This document shows, one piece after another, positions 8,023 to 15,171 of a stretch of DNA of 32,000 nt. Position numbers and translations under genes: made by a program. The notes beneath the pieces were generated by a model. It saw only the letters and a program-made list of their open reading frames with translations, searched no databases and was not told where the DNA came from. Numbering within the stretch: the stretch's first letter is position 1; each line of letters opens with the position of its first letter. The stretch lies in assembly GCA_031281155.1 (NCBI GenBank), contig JAITFT010000018.1:1-32000 (forward strand), given 5' to 3'. This stretch comes from Candidatus Fibrimonadaceae bacterium. GTDB lineage: Bacteria > Fibrobacterota > Fibrobacteria > Fibrobacterales > Fibrobacteraceae.

Positions 8023-9179
8023 ACACCCTTCTCCTTCTTTCCATACTCCTAGCACTCTACGCCTGCGCACCCTTGCGGCCGCTCGGGCCCGATTTGCCCG
8101 AAGAAACAAGCATTCCAACAGAGCCGGAAAAAGAAAAGGAAAGAGAGCCGGAAGTTCCTGAAAAAAGGCAGATTATAAATATTGGCATTGCTTTTGAAAA
8201 AGAATCTGCTACGATAGAATGCCCTGAAAAAAAATGGGAGTTCAAGGCTGGCGCAAATCTTGGGAGAACCGAAATTGAAACAAAGGGGCGTTGTACTTAT
8301 GCCGGCAAAACTTATAGAGGAAACTGGTCGGTGCTTTCCACAGACAGCGGGCTAGTGGTTATAAACAGTTTGGATATTGAAGATTATTTAAAAGGCGTCG
8401 TTCCTTATGAAATCGGCAGATTGAATAAACAGGGCTTCGAGGCATTAAAAGCCCAAGCTGTTGCCGCGCGAACCTACGCTTATCGCCACTTGAATTCCCG
8501 CAGATCGCAAGGTTTTGATATGTACGCAGATGTCCGCGATCAGGTATATAACGGCACAGGCGGCGAAGACTCTCTTGTAAATGAAGCTATTTCAATGACC
8601 AGAGACTTGGTTATAAAATACAACGGCAATTTGATAGAAGCCTTTTACCATTCAACTTGCGGCGGCAAAACCGATGGCACCGAAGTTTGGGGGCAAGAAA
8701 ACAGGCCATATTTGCTTTCTGTTTTAGACACGGCAAATGGCAAAGTTTATTGCGAATCTTCAAGGCTCTTCAATTGGGAAGAAAAATTCAGCAGAACAGA
8801 ACTCGCAATCCTGTTTCAAAACAATGCAACAAACGCAAGAGCAGATAAAGTTTTTCCTTTCAGCAGAGTTGAGCAAATTTTCATAATCGAAAAATTCCCA
8901 AGCGGTCGCGTAAAAAGGCTTGTGGTTATAACAGACAAAGGCTCCTTTGAAGTTTTTGGAGACCGCACAAGATGGCTATTCCAAAGAGATGGGAAAATTT
9001 TGCCAAACGCAGCATTCAGCATTGCTCAAGATAGAAATGAAATAACAATAACCGGTTCCGGTTTTGGCCACGGCATAGGAATGTGCCAGGTAGGCGCAAT
9101 AACAAGAGCAAGAGAAGGGCAGAAATTTGATGAAATTTTGAAAGCGTATTATACAGGCGTGGAGATTGAGAGTTTTTAA
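8013..9179 (+). CDS. SpoIID/LytB-domain lipoprotein (putative peptidoglycan lytic transglycosylase/amidase enhancer family)
   Basis: Lipobox LLALYAC, a P/E/K-rich linker, and SpoIID signatures AQAVAARTYAYRH and YHSTCGGKT. Confidence 0.8.
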   Translation: MRLNTLLLLSILLALYACAPLRPLGPDLPEETSIPTEPEKEKEREPEVPEKRQIINIGIAFEKESATIECPEKKWEFKAGANLGRTEIETKGRCTYAGKTYRGNWSVLSTDSGLVVINSLDIEDYLKGVVPYEIGRLNKQGFEALKAQAVAARTYAYRHLNSRRSQGFDMYADVRDQVYNGTGGEDSLVNEAISMTRDLVIKYNGNLIEAFYHSTCGGKTDGTEVWGQENRPYLLSVLDTANGKVYCESSRLFNWEEKFSRTELAILFQNNATNARADKVFPFSRVEQIFIIEKFPSGRVKRLVVITDKGSFEVFGDRTRWLFQRDGKILPNAAFSIAQDRNEITITGSGFGHGIGMCQVGAITRAREGQKFDEILKAYYTGVEIESF

Positions 9180-9225
9180 TTGGTAGAAAATTTTCCAGCT
9201 CGGGGTGGAAAGTGTAAATTGCCAT

Positions 9226-9235
9226 TTTCTACATT
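9226..9235 (+). promoter_or_regulatory. TGCCATTTTCTACATT promoter-like motif upstream of the RND gene (28-nt leader with a GAGGA SD)
   Basis: It shares the extended TGCCATTTT(T)CTAC string with the glyQS and hemerythrin promoter regions. GAGGA at 9250-9254 lies 9 nt before the TTG start. Confidence 0.4.
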
Positions 9236-9263
9236 ACCTCCATAAACACGAGGAAACAATCTT

Positions 9264-12200
9264 TTGAGTATAGCATCTACAAGCGTTAGGCGGCCAGTTT
9301 TGACACTGGTTATGTCGGCGTTTATTGTGCTGTTCGGTTTTATAGGATTAAGCCAGGTTGGGGTTAGAGAGTTTCCGGCGATAGACCCTCCAATAATAAA
9401 TGTGCGAACAAACTACACAGGCGCAAATGCGGAAATTATTGCAAACCAAATAACGGAACCTTTGGAGTCTGCGCTGAGCGGCATAGATGGAATTAGAACC
9501 ATAACATCTGTGTCTAGAGATGAACAATCGAATATTACCGTAGAATTCAACCTAGGCGCAGATATGGAACGAGCGGCGAACGATGTTCGCGACAAAGTTT
9601 CCATAGCACAGCGAATGCTCCCCGAAGAGGCCGATGCCTCCATAGTGGCAAAAGCCGATGCAAACGCCTCGCCCATATTAATCCTCTCTCTCGGCAGCGA
9701 CAATATGAGCCTCCTAGACCTAAACGACCAAGCAGAGCGAGTTCAAGAAAGGCTGCAAACCGTGTCTGGCGTAGCGGAAGTTAGAATATGGGGCGTGAAA
9801 AGATACGCCATGCGAATCTACATAGACCCAATTAGAATGGCAGGCTATGGCTTAACATTGAATGTAATTAGAAGCTCGCTAGAAAGAGAAAACGCAGAAC
9901 TCCCGGCGGGGCAGCTAGAAGGCTCTGCCACGTTAATCGGCTTGCGTTCAAGCTCCAAGCTGCTTACCGAAGAAGATTTCCGCAGCGTGATTTTAATGGA
10001 TAGCAACGATAAATTTGTAAGACTGGGTGATGTAGCCGAAGTTGTGCTTGCCGCTGAAAATGAAAAAAATACCCTAAGAATGAACGGCAGGCCAATGATC
10101 TCTCTTGCCGTTGTAGCGCAGCCTGGCGCAGACCAAATAAAAATTGCAGATGAGGTTCTAAAAAGAGTAGAAGAAATAAAAAGAGATATACCAGAAGGAG
10201 TCGTTATACAAACCACCTCCGATAACACCCGCTTTGTGCGCATGGCTTTAAGCGAAGTAAAAGACACCATGTTTATAGCGTTCTTTCTCGTTATTTGCGT
10301 TATATTTTTATTCCTAAGAGAATTTAGAACAACATTTATTCCCATGATAACCGTGCCTATATCCCTAATAGGCTCCTTCTTTATAATTTGGGCATTGGAT
10401 TTCTCAATAAACGTGCTAACCCTTTTGGGTGTTGTGCTTGCCATTTCAATTGTGGTGGACGATGCCATTGTTGTATTGGAAAATATTTTCGCAAAAATTG
10501 AAAAGGGCTTGCCGCCCAGAGAAGCCGCAAACAAAGGCGTTAATGAAATTTTCATGGCAGTAGTTTCAACCACCCTGGTATTATGCGCCGTATTTACCCC
10601 CCTGCTCTTTATGGAAGGCTTTACCGGGCGTCTGTTCAGGGAATTTGCAGTTGTTATAGGCGGCTCAACAATAATATCCTCATTTGTTGCGCTAACGCTC
10701 GGCACCATGCTATCTAGCCGAGTGCTGAAAAAAACAGAAAAACGGAATTTCTTTTACCGCACAACAGAACCTTTTTTCAATTTTATCACCTCTAGTTATT
10801 CAACTATTTTAAAAAAGTTTTTAAAACGCCCAGCACTGGCCATACCCATAATCCTGGCAAGCGGAGGCGTTGCCGCTTTTATATTCCTGAAATTGCCAAG
10901 CGAGCTTGCTCCTTTAGAAGACCGATCGAGAATCGTTGTTCAAGTTACCGCTCACGAGGGCGCTCCATTCATTTATATGAATGAGAAAATGAAAGATATA
11001 GAGCATTTAATAGCGGAAAATGTTCCGGAAATAGATCGCCTTTTGGTTCAAACATCACCGATTTGGGCTGGCAGCCCAAATACCGGCAACGCCCAAATAA
11101 TGCTGGTTGACCCAGATAAACGCAAACGCACGCAGCAGCAAATTGCAAACGACCTTCGCAGAGTTCTGTCGCAGGTTGAGGGAGTTCGCCTCTCAATTCA
11201 GCAAGACCAAACCATAAGGGTTGGAGCAAGAGGCGGGCTTCCTGTGCAAGTCGTGGTGCAAACAAGCGCATTAGATTCCCTAAAAAACCGCTTGCCGGAA
11301 CTAATGGATAAAATTCAGCAAAGCCCGCTTTTAACCATGGCAGATGTAAACTTGAAATTCACCAAGCCTCAGTTAGATGTAGAAATGAACAGGGATTTTT
11401 TGCGCGCCTCCGGCATTGCTCCAAGAGAAGTAGCTCAAGCATTGCAGCTCGCATATAGCGGCCTTCGCTATGGGTATTTTTTGAAAAACGGAAAGCAGTA
11501 CCAAATAATAGGCGAAATAGAGCCTCGCAACAGAAACGAACCGGCTAGTTTGCAAGCGCTTTATTTGAGAAATTCAAGGGGAGACTTGGTTTCCCTCGAC
11601 CAAGCGGTGGTTTTGAAAGAGCGAGCCGTGCCGCCGCAGATTTTCAGGTATAACCGCTATGTTTCCGCAACCATCTCCGCAAGCCCCGCAGAAGGCGTTG
11701 CTCTTGGCGATGCCATTAAAGAAATGCATGGCATAATAAGGAGTGAATTGAACGATAATTTCAGAACCGAGCTTGCCGGAACTTCGCGTGATTTTGTTGA
11801 GGCAAGCGGTAGTTTAACAACGGTGTTTATACTCGCTTTGGTAATTGTATATATGCTGCTGGCGGCTCAGTTTGAAAGCTTCCGCCATCCCTTCACCATT
11901 ATGCTAACCGTTCCGCTCGCCCTTTCCGGAGCTTTGGTCTCGCTTTATTTAGGCGGGCACACCATGAATATATTTAGCCAAATTGGCCTTGTTATGCTTG
12001 TTGGTCTTGTTACCAAAAACGGTATTTTAATTGTTGAGTTTGCAAACCAGCGCCGTGCCGCAGGCCTTGCGTTGAGAAAAGCCGTTACAGATGCCGCAGT
12101 AGCAAGGCTAAGGCCAATTTTAATGACAACCCTAACCACCGTCTTTGGCTTTATGCCCATAGCTTTCGCTTTGGGCGCGGGCGCAGAAAGCCGCATTCCA

Positions 12201-12317
12201 ATGGGTGTAGCGGTAATTGGCGGCGTGTCGATTTCGCTGGTTTTCAGCCTGCTGGTTATACCATCGGCGTATTTGCTGGTGTCTAAGAAAAATGGCGGTT
12301 CACGCGTAGCGGCTTAG
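9264..12317 (+). CDS. RND (AcrB/HAE-type) efflux permease
   Basis: 1017 aa. N-terminus SVRRPVLTLVMS, proton-relay VVDDAIVVLENI, and LVTKNGILIVEF in the second TM bundle; 12-TM two-lobe architecture. The TTG start is the first start codon after an in-frame TAA. Confidence 0.93.
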   Translation: MSIASTSVRRPVLTLVMSAFIVLFGFIGLSQVGVREFPAIDPPIINVRTNYTGANAEIIANQITEPLESALSGIDGIRTITSVSRDEQSNITVEFNLGADMERAANDVRDKVSIAQRMLPEEADASIVAKADANASPILILSLGSDNMSLLDLNDQAERVQERLQTVSGVAEVRIWGVKRYAMRIYIDPIRMAGYGLTLNVIRSSLERENAELPAGQLEGSATLIGLRSSSKLLTEEDFRSVILMDSNDKFVRLGDVAEVVLAAENEKNTLRMNGRPMISLAVVAQPGADQIKIADEVLKRVEEIKRDIPEGVVIQTTSDNTRFVRMALSEVKDTMFIAFFLVICVIFLFLREFRTTFIPMITVPISLIGSFFIIWALDFSINVLTLLGVVLAISIVVDDAIVVLENIFAKIEKGLPPREAANKGVNEIFMAVVSTTLVLCAVFTPLLFMEGFTGRLFREFAVVIGGSTIISSFVALTLGTMLSSRVLKKTEKRNFFYRTTEPFFNFITSSYSTILKKFLKRPALAIPIILASGGVAAFIFLKLPSELAPLEDRSRIVVQVTAHEGAPFIYMNEKMKDIEHLIAENVPEIDRLLVQTSPIWAGSPNTGNAQIMLVDPDKRKRTQQQIANDLRRVLSQVEGVRLSIQQDQTIRVGARGGLPVQVVVQTSALDSLKNRLPELMDKIQQSPLLTMADVNLKFTKPQLDVEMNRDFLRASGIAPREVAQALQLAYSGLRYGYFLKNGKQYQIIGEIEPRNRNEPASLQALYLRNSRGDLVSLDQAVVLKERAVPPQIFRYNRYVSATISASPAEGVALGDAIKEMHGIIRSELNDNFRTELAGTSRDFVEASGSLTTVFILALVIVYMLLAAQFESFRHPFTIMLTVPLALSGALVSLYLGGHTMNIFSQIGLVMLVGLVTKNGILIVEFANQRRAAGLALRKAVTDAAVARLRPILMTTLTTVFGFMPIAFALGAGAESRIPMGVAVIGGVSISLVFSLLVIPSAYLLVSKKNGGSRVAA

Positions 12318-12803
12318 AACAAAAAAGTAATCAGAGAGCCTGTTTATGTAAGCCATAGTGAAATCGCTTATGGCTACGCCATTCGCTTGTGCGCTGCACA
12401 AAACTCGCTCTGCTCTGCGGCATACAGTGCGGCATACATGAGCTTCTGCGTTTATTTCGTTTTCTCCCGGAACTGTGAAGCTCTTTAAAGGCTCAAGCTC
12501 GGAATTCATTTTATCTATTTCATTTTCTAATTCTTTAATATGCGTTTCATTTATGCTTGGCATATTGTTCCATTCTTTGCCGCTTGGAGTTGCAAGGATG
12601 GCTCCTATATCAGAAAGAGTTTTTTGAATATTCTCCAAAAAACTCACTTTGCAAAGAAGTTTTAATTTGCCGGTAAAAGCGTTTAGCTCATCTATGGTTC
12701 CGTAGCATTCCAAACGCAGGTGAGATTTCGGCACTCGTTCGCCGCCTATAAGAGCGGTGGAGCCTTTGTCGCCTGTGCGTGTGTAAACTTTGGAGATGCG
12801 CAT
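12300..12803 (-). CDS. ATP:cob(I)alamin adenosyltransferase, PduO type
   Basis: MRISKVYTRTGDKGSTALIGGERV...YGTIDELN is the PduO-type ATR N-terminal signature. 167 aa. Confidence 0.85.
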   Translation of the reverse strand: MRISKVYTRTGDKGSTALIGGERVPKSHLRLECYGTIDELNAFTGKLKLLCKVSFLENIQKTLSDIGAILATPSGKEWNNMPSINETHIKELENEIDKMNSELEPLKSFTVPGENEINAEAHVCRTVCRRAERVLCSAQANGVAISDFTMAYINRLSDYFFVLSRYA

Positions 12804-12804
12804 A

Positions 12805-13209
12805 TTATTTTAGTGTCTTGAAAAAATCCCCAACTTTTCGGTCTTCTTTGGCTATGTGATCCATAACCCAGTTACCAACTTCAAAGTTGAAAGCGCTAAC
12901 CATAGCCGGTGTTGGACCTTCTTTTTTGAATTTGCCTACAATATCGGCAACCTTCAACTTGAAGGCCTCGTGTATTTTCTTATGCTCTGCATAACCCGGA
13001 TAATGCCGCTTGATTTGAATCGACTCTTCCATTGTGAAATGCTTTACCGTGTAGTCCACAAGAAAATTCAGAGATTCCTCCAATTCGTGCATACCCTTGT
13101 TATTTTTGCAGGCCTCCATAAACTCGTTCATTATTTTAATCAACTGTTTATGTTGCTCGTCTATGGTGGCATCACCTACAGACATTGAATTTAACCAAGC
13201 AAAAGCCAT
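12805..13209 (-). CDS. Hemerythrin-like metal-binding protein (bacteriohemerythrin)
   Basis: 134 aa. Iron-ligand pattern IDEQHKQL, HFTMEE, HKKIHEAF and DHIAKEDRK. AGGAGGAG SD upstream. Confidence 0.85.
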   Translation of the reverse strand: MAFAWLNSMSVGDATIDEQHKQLIKIMNEFMEACKNNKGMHELEESLNFLVDYTVKHFTMEESIQIKRHYPGYAEHKKIHEAFKLKVADIVGKFKKEGPTPAMVSAFNFEVGNWVMDHIAKEDRKVGDFFKTLK

Positions 13210-13240
13210 GATTTTCTCCTCCTAATAGTTTAAGTTAGAT

Positions 13241-13250
13241 AATATAGAAA
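13241..13250 (-). promoter_or_regulatory. TTTCTATATT promoter-like motif for the hemerythrin/ATR pair
   Basis: The minus strand reads GCCATTTTTCTATATT, then a 31-nt leader containing AGGAGG, then ATG(13209). Confidence 0.45.
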
Positions 13251-13292
13251 AATGGCAGGGTTGCGATTAATCGCAACCCTGCCATTTTTCTA
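13245..13292. repeat. Perfect 48-bp palindrome TAGAAAAATGGCAGGGTTGCGATT|AATCGCAACCCTGCCATTTTTCTA
   Basis: I checked it base by base: 24/24 complementary pairs around the centre at 13268|13269, with the first mismatch at 13244/13293. Each end reaches 2 bp into the -10-like hexamer of one of the two divergent genes. Confidence 0.95.
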
Positions 13293-13296
13293 CCTT
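13287..13296 (+). promoter_or_regulatory. TTTCTACCTT motif, 6 nt upstream of the glyQS ATG (leaderless-type)
   Basis: GCCATTTTTCTACCTT-ACCCCT-ATG(13303). Confidence 0.45.
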
Positions 13297-13302
13297 ACCC
13301 CT

Positions 13303-14703
13303 ATGGCAAAAAAAGTACAAGATGCGTTGAAAGATTTAGTTTCGCTTTGCAAAAGGCGCGGCATTATTTTCCCGGGTTCGGAAATTTATGATGGTTTGGC
13401 TAATACCTGGGACTATGGACCTTATGGTGCAGAGTTGAAAAAAAATATAAGAGATTTGTGGTGGAAAAAATTCGTTGCAAGCCGCGAAGATGTCGTTGGC
13501 TTGGATTCCTCGATTTTGCTGAACCCGCGGGTTTGGGAAGCAAGCGGCCACGTGGGGAGCTTTAGCGACCCGTTGGTGGATTGCAAAGCGTGCAAGGAAC
13601 GCGCAAGAGCAGACCATCTGCTGGAAGATAAGCTTGGGCAGGGAGTTGCCGCAGGCAAAAGCTTTGCGGAAATTTTCGAGATGATGAAAGAAAACGCTAT
13701 TCAATGCCCAAAGTGCGGCGGCAAAGATTTAACGGAACCTCGCTCGTTTAACCTAATGTTCAAAACGGAAATAGGCGTTATTGAAGGTGCCGGCAACCAA
13801 GTGTATTTGCGCCCCGAAACCGCTCAGGGAATTTTTATAAACTTTAAAAACGTAGTTGATAGCAGCCGCCAAAAAATTCCGTTTGGCATTGGGCAAATAG
13901 GAAAAAGCTTTAGAAACGAAATAACGCCAGGCAACTTTATTTTCCGCACAAGGGAATTTGAGCAGGCAGAAATGCAGTTCTTTTGCAAGCCCGGCACCGA
14001 GCAGGAATGGTATAAGCATTGGGTGAATTTCTGCACAGAGTGGCTGGTGGAAATTGGAATTCGCAGGGAAAAACTGAGAATAAGAGAGCATTCAAAAGAA
14101 GAGCTTTCGCATTATTCCAACGGCACAAGCGACATTGAATATGAATTCCCATTTGGCTGGGGCGAGCTATGGGGCATAGCAAGCAGAACGAATTACGATC
14201 TAACCCAGCACATAGAATTTTCAAAGGTAGATTTGCGCTATCACGATAAAATCGCCAACGAAAAATACATTCCCTTTGTGGTAGAACCTTCGCTCGGCAT
14301 AGACAGGCTTTTGCTGGTTGCGCTCTGCGATGCCTACGAAGTAGAAAAAACCGAAACTGGCGAAGACCGCAACGTGTTCCGCTTTCACCCAAGCCTTGCG
14401 CCCGTTAAAGCCGCAGTGCTCCCGCTCTCAAAAGACGAAGAACTCATAGCTGTTGCAAAAGAGCTTTACAAAAAGCTCCTCAAAAAATGGCCCGTTGAAT
14501 ACGATGAAACTCAAAGCATTGGCAAACGCTACCGCCGCCAAGACGAAATCGGAACGCCCTATTGCATTACCATAGATTTTGGCACAATAGGCAAAGACGG
14601 CGAAGACAAACGCGGCTTGGTAACCATTCGCGAACGCGATTCAATGAAGCAAGATATTGTTAATTTGCAAGACGTTGAAAATTTCTTAATGGAGAGATTA
14701 TGA
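13303..14703 (+). CDS. glyQS: Glycine--tRNA ligase (alpha2 dimeric type)
   Basis: MAKKVQDALKDLVSLCKRRGIIFPGSEIYDGLANTWDYGPYG and the class-II motif RPETAQGIFINF. Start moved from 13252, which lies inside the palindrome, to the ATG at 13303. Confidence 0.95.
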   Translation: MAKKVQDALKDLVSLCKRRGIIFPGSEIYDGLANTWDYGPYGAELKKNIRDLWWKKFVASREDVVGLDSSILLNPRVWEASGHVGSFSDPLVDCKACKERARADHLLEDKLGQGVAAGKSFAEIFEMMKENAIQCPKCGGKDLTEPRSFNLMFKTEIGVIEGAGNQVYLRPETAQGIFINFKNVVDSSRQKIPFGIGQIGKSFRNEITPGNFIFRTREFEQAEMQFFCKPGTEQEWYKHWVNFCTEWLVEIGIRREKLRIREHSKEELSHYSNGTSDIEYEFPFGWGELWGIASRTNYDLTQHIEFSKVDLRYHDKIANEKYIPFVVEPSLGIDRLLLVALCDAYEVEKTETGEDRNVFRFHPSLAPVKAAVLPLSKDEELIAVAKELYKKLLKKWPVEYDETQSIGKRYRRQDEIGTPYCITIDFGTIGKDGEDKRGLVTIRERDSMKQDIVNLQDVENFLMERL

Positions 14704-15140
14704 AAAAAATAGCTGCTATTTTAAGCTTCCTGCTGCTCTATTCTTGTGGAACGCACGATGACGACGGTACGGAAAGCCGCCGCTTTCATTGGGAATTGCG
14801 TGGCGTGTGGGAAACAACGAGGGAAAGGCCAGGAGGCGGCCCCTGCCAGTTTGGAGATACCCTTTGCCTTTACGCCAAAATGGTAATTGAGTTCAACGCC
14901 ATAACTCTAACAGGCAGCATTGCCCATTTTGAAAACATAACACGAAATGTTAGATTAGAAGGTTACTCTGCAATAGATGACATAAGCGGAGACAACCTTA
15001 TACACATAAGAGCCAGAAACGAATGGCAAACTCCTGTGCGTTACAGTCTTTGGAATGCCGCTGGGTCTGTAGATAAAATACTGACCCTAGAAAACGAAGG
15101 CATGGCCATAGAAGAATTTAGGAGGACAGGAGATTTGTAA
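14700..15140 (+). CDS. Predicted lipoprotein, function unknown
   Basis: Signal peptide plus lipobox (LLLYSCG). ATGA overlap with the glyQS stop. No recognisable domain. Confidence 0.6.
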   Translation: MKKIAAILSFLLLYSCGTHDDDGTESRRFHWELRGVWETTRERPGGGPCQFGDTLCLYAKMVIEFNAITLTGSIAHFENITRNVRLEGYSAIDDISGDNLIHIRARNEWQTPVRYSLWNAAGSVDKILTLENEGMAIEEFRRTGDL

Positions 15141-15171
15141 CCTCCCGCTTTCATAGCGAATTCGCATGCAT

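Noticed and set aside
13252-13266. A sigma-54-like TGGCA...TTGC string inside the 48-bp palindrome (TGGCAGGGTTGCG).
   Set aside because: Only 3 nt separate TGGCA from TTGC, while the -24/-12 consensus needs 6. The geometry is wrong, and no enhancer-binding protein gene is nearby.
13245-13292. Reading the 48-bp palindrome, with its T-runs on both sides, as a bidirectional Rho-independent terminator.
   Set aside because: Both flanking genes are transcribed away from it, so no transcript is expected to enter it. I kept it as a finding with other interpretations.
13252-13302. Longer 5' extensions offered by the ORF track: glyQS from 13252, purF from 6025, plsY from 6651 (TTG), the GGGPS gene from 6585, the small membrane protein from 4707, HK2 from 19475, the RR from 23258, and Fic from 24361 (GTG).
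   Set aside because: The extensions overlap the upstream gene or, for glyQS, the 48-bp palindrome. They add residues not seen at the N-termini of these families as I recall them. In each case an internal ATG fits an SD, a stop-start overlap or the TTTCTAnnTT-N6-8 motif.
15156-15165. The GCGAATTCGC palindrome between the lipoprotein gene and HK1, as a terminator.
   Set aside because: The stem would be at most 4-5 bp with essentially no loop, and no U-tract follows. That is too weak to call.
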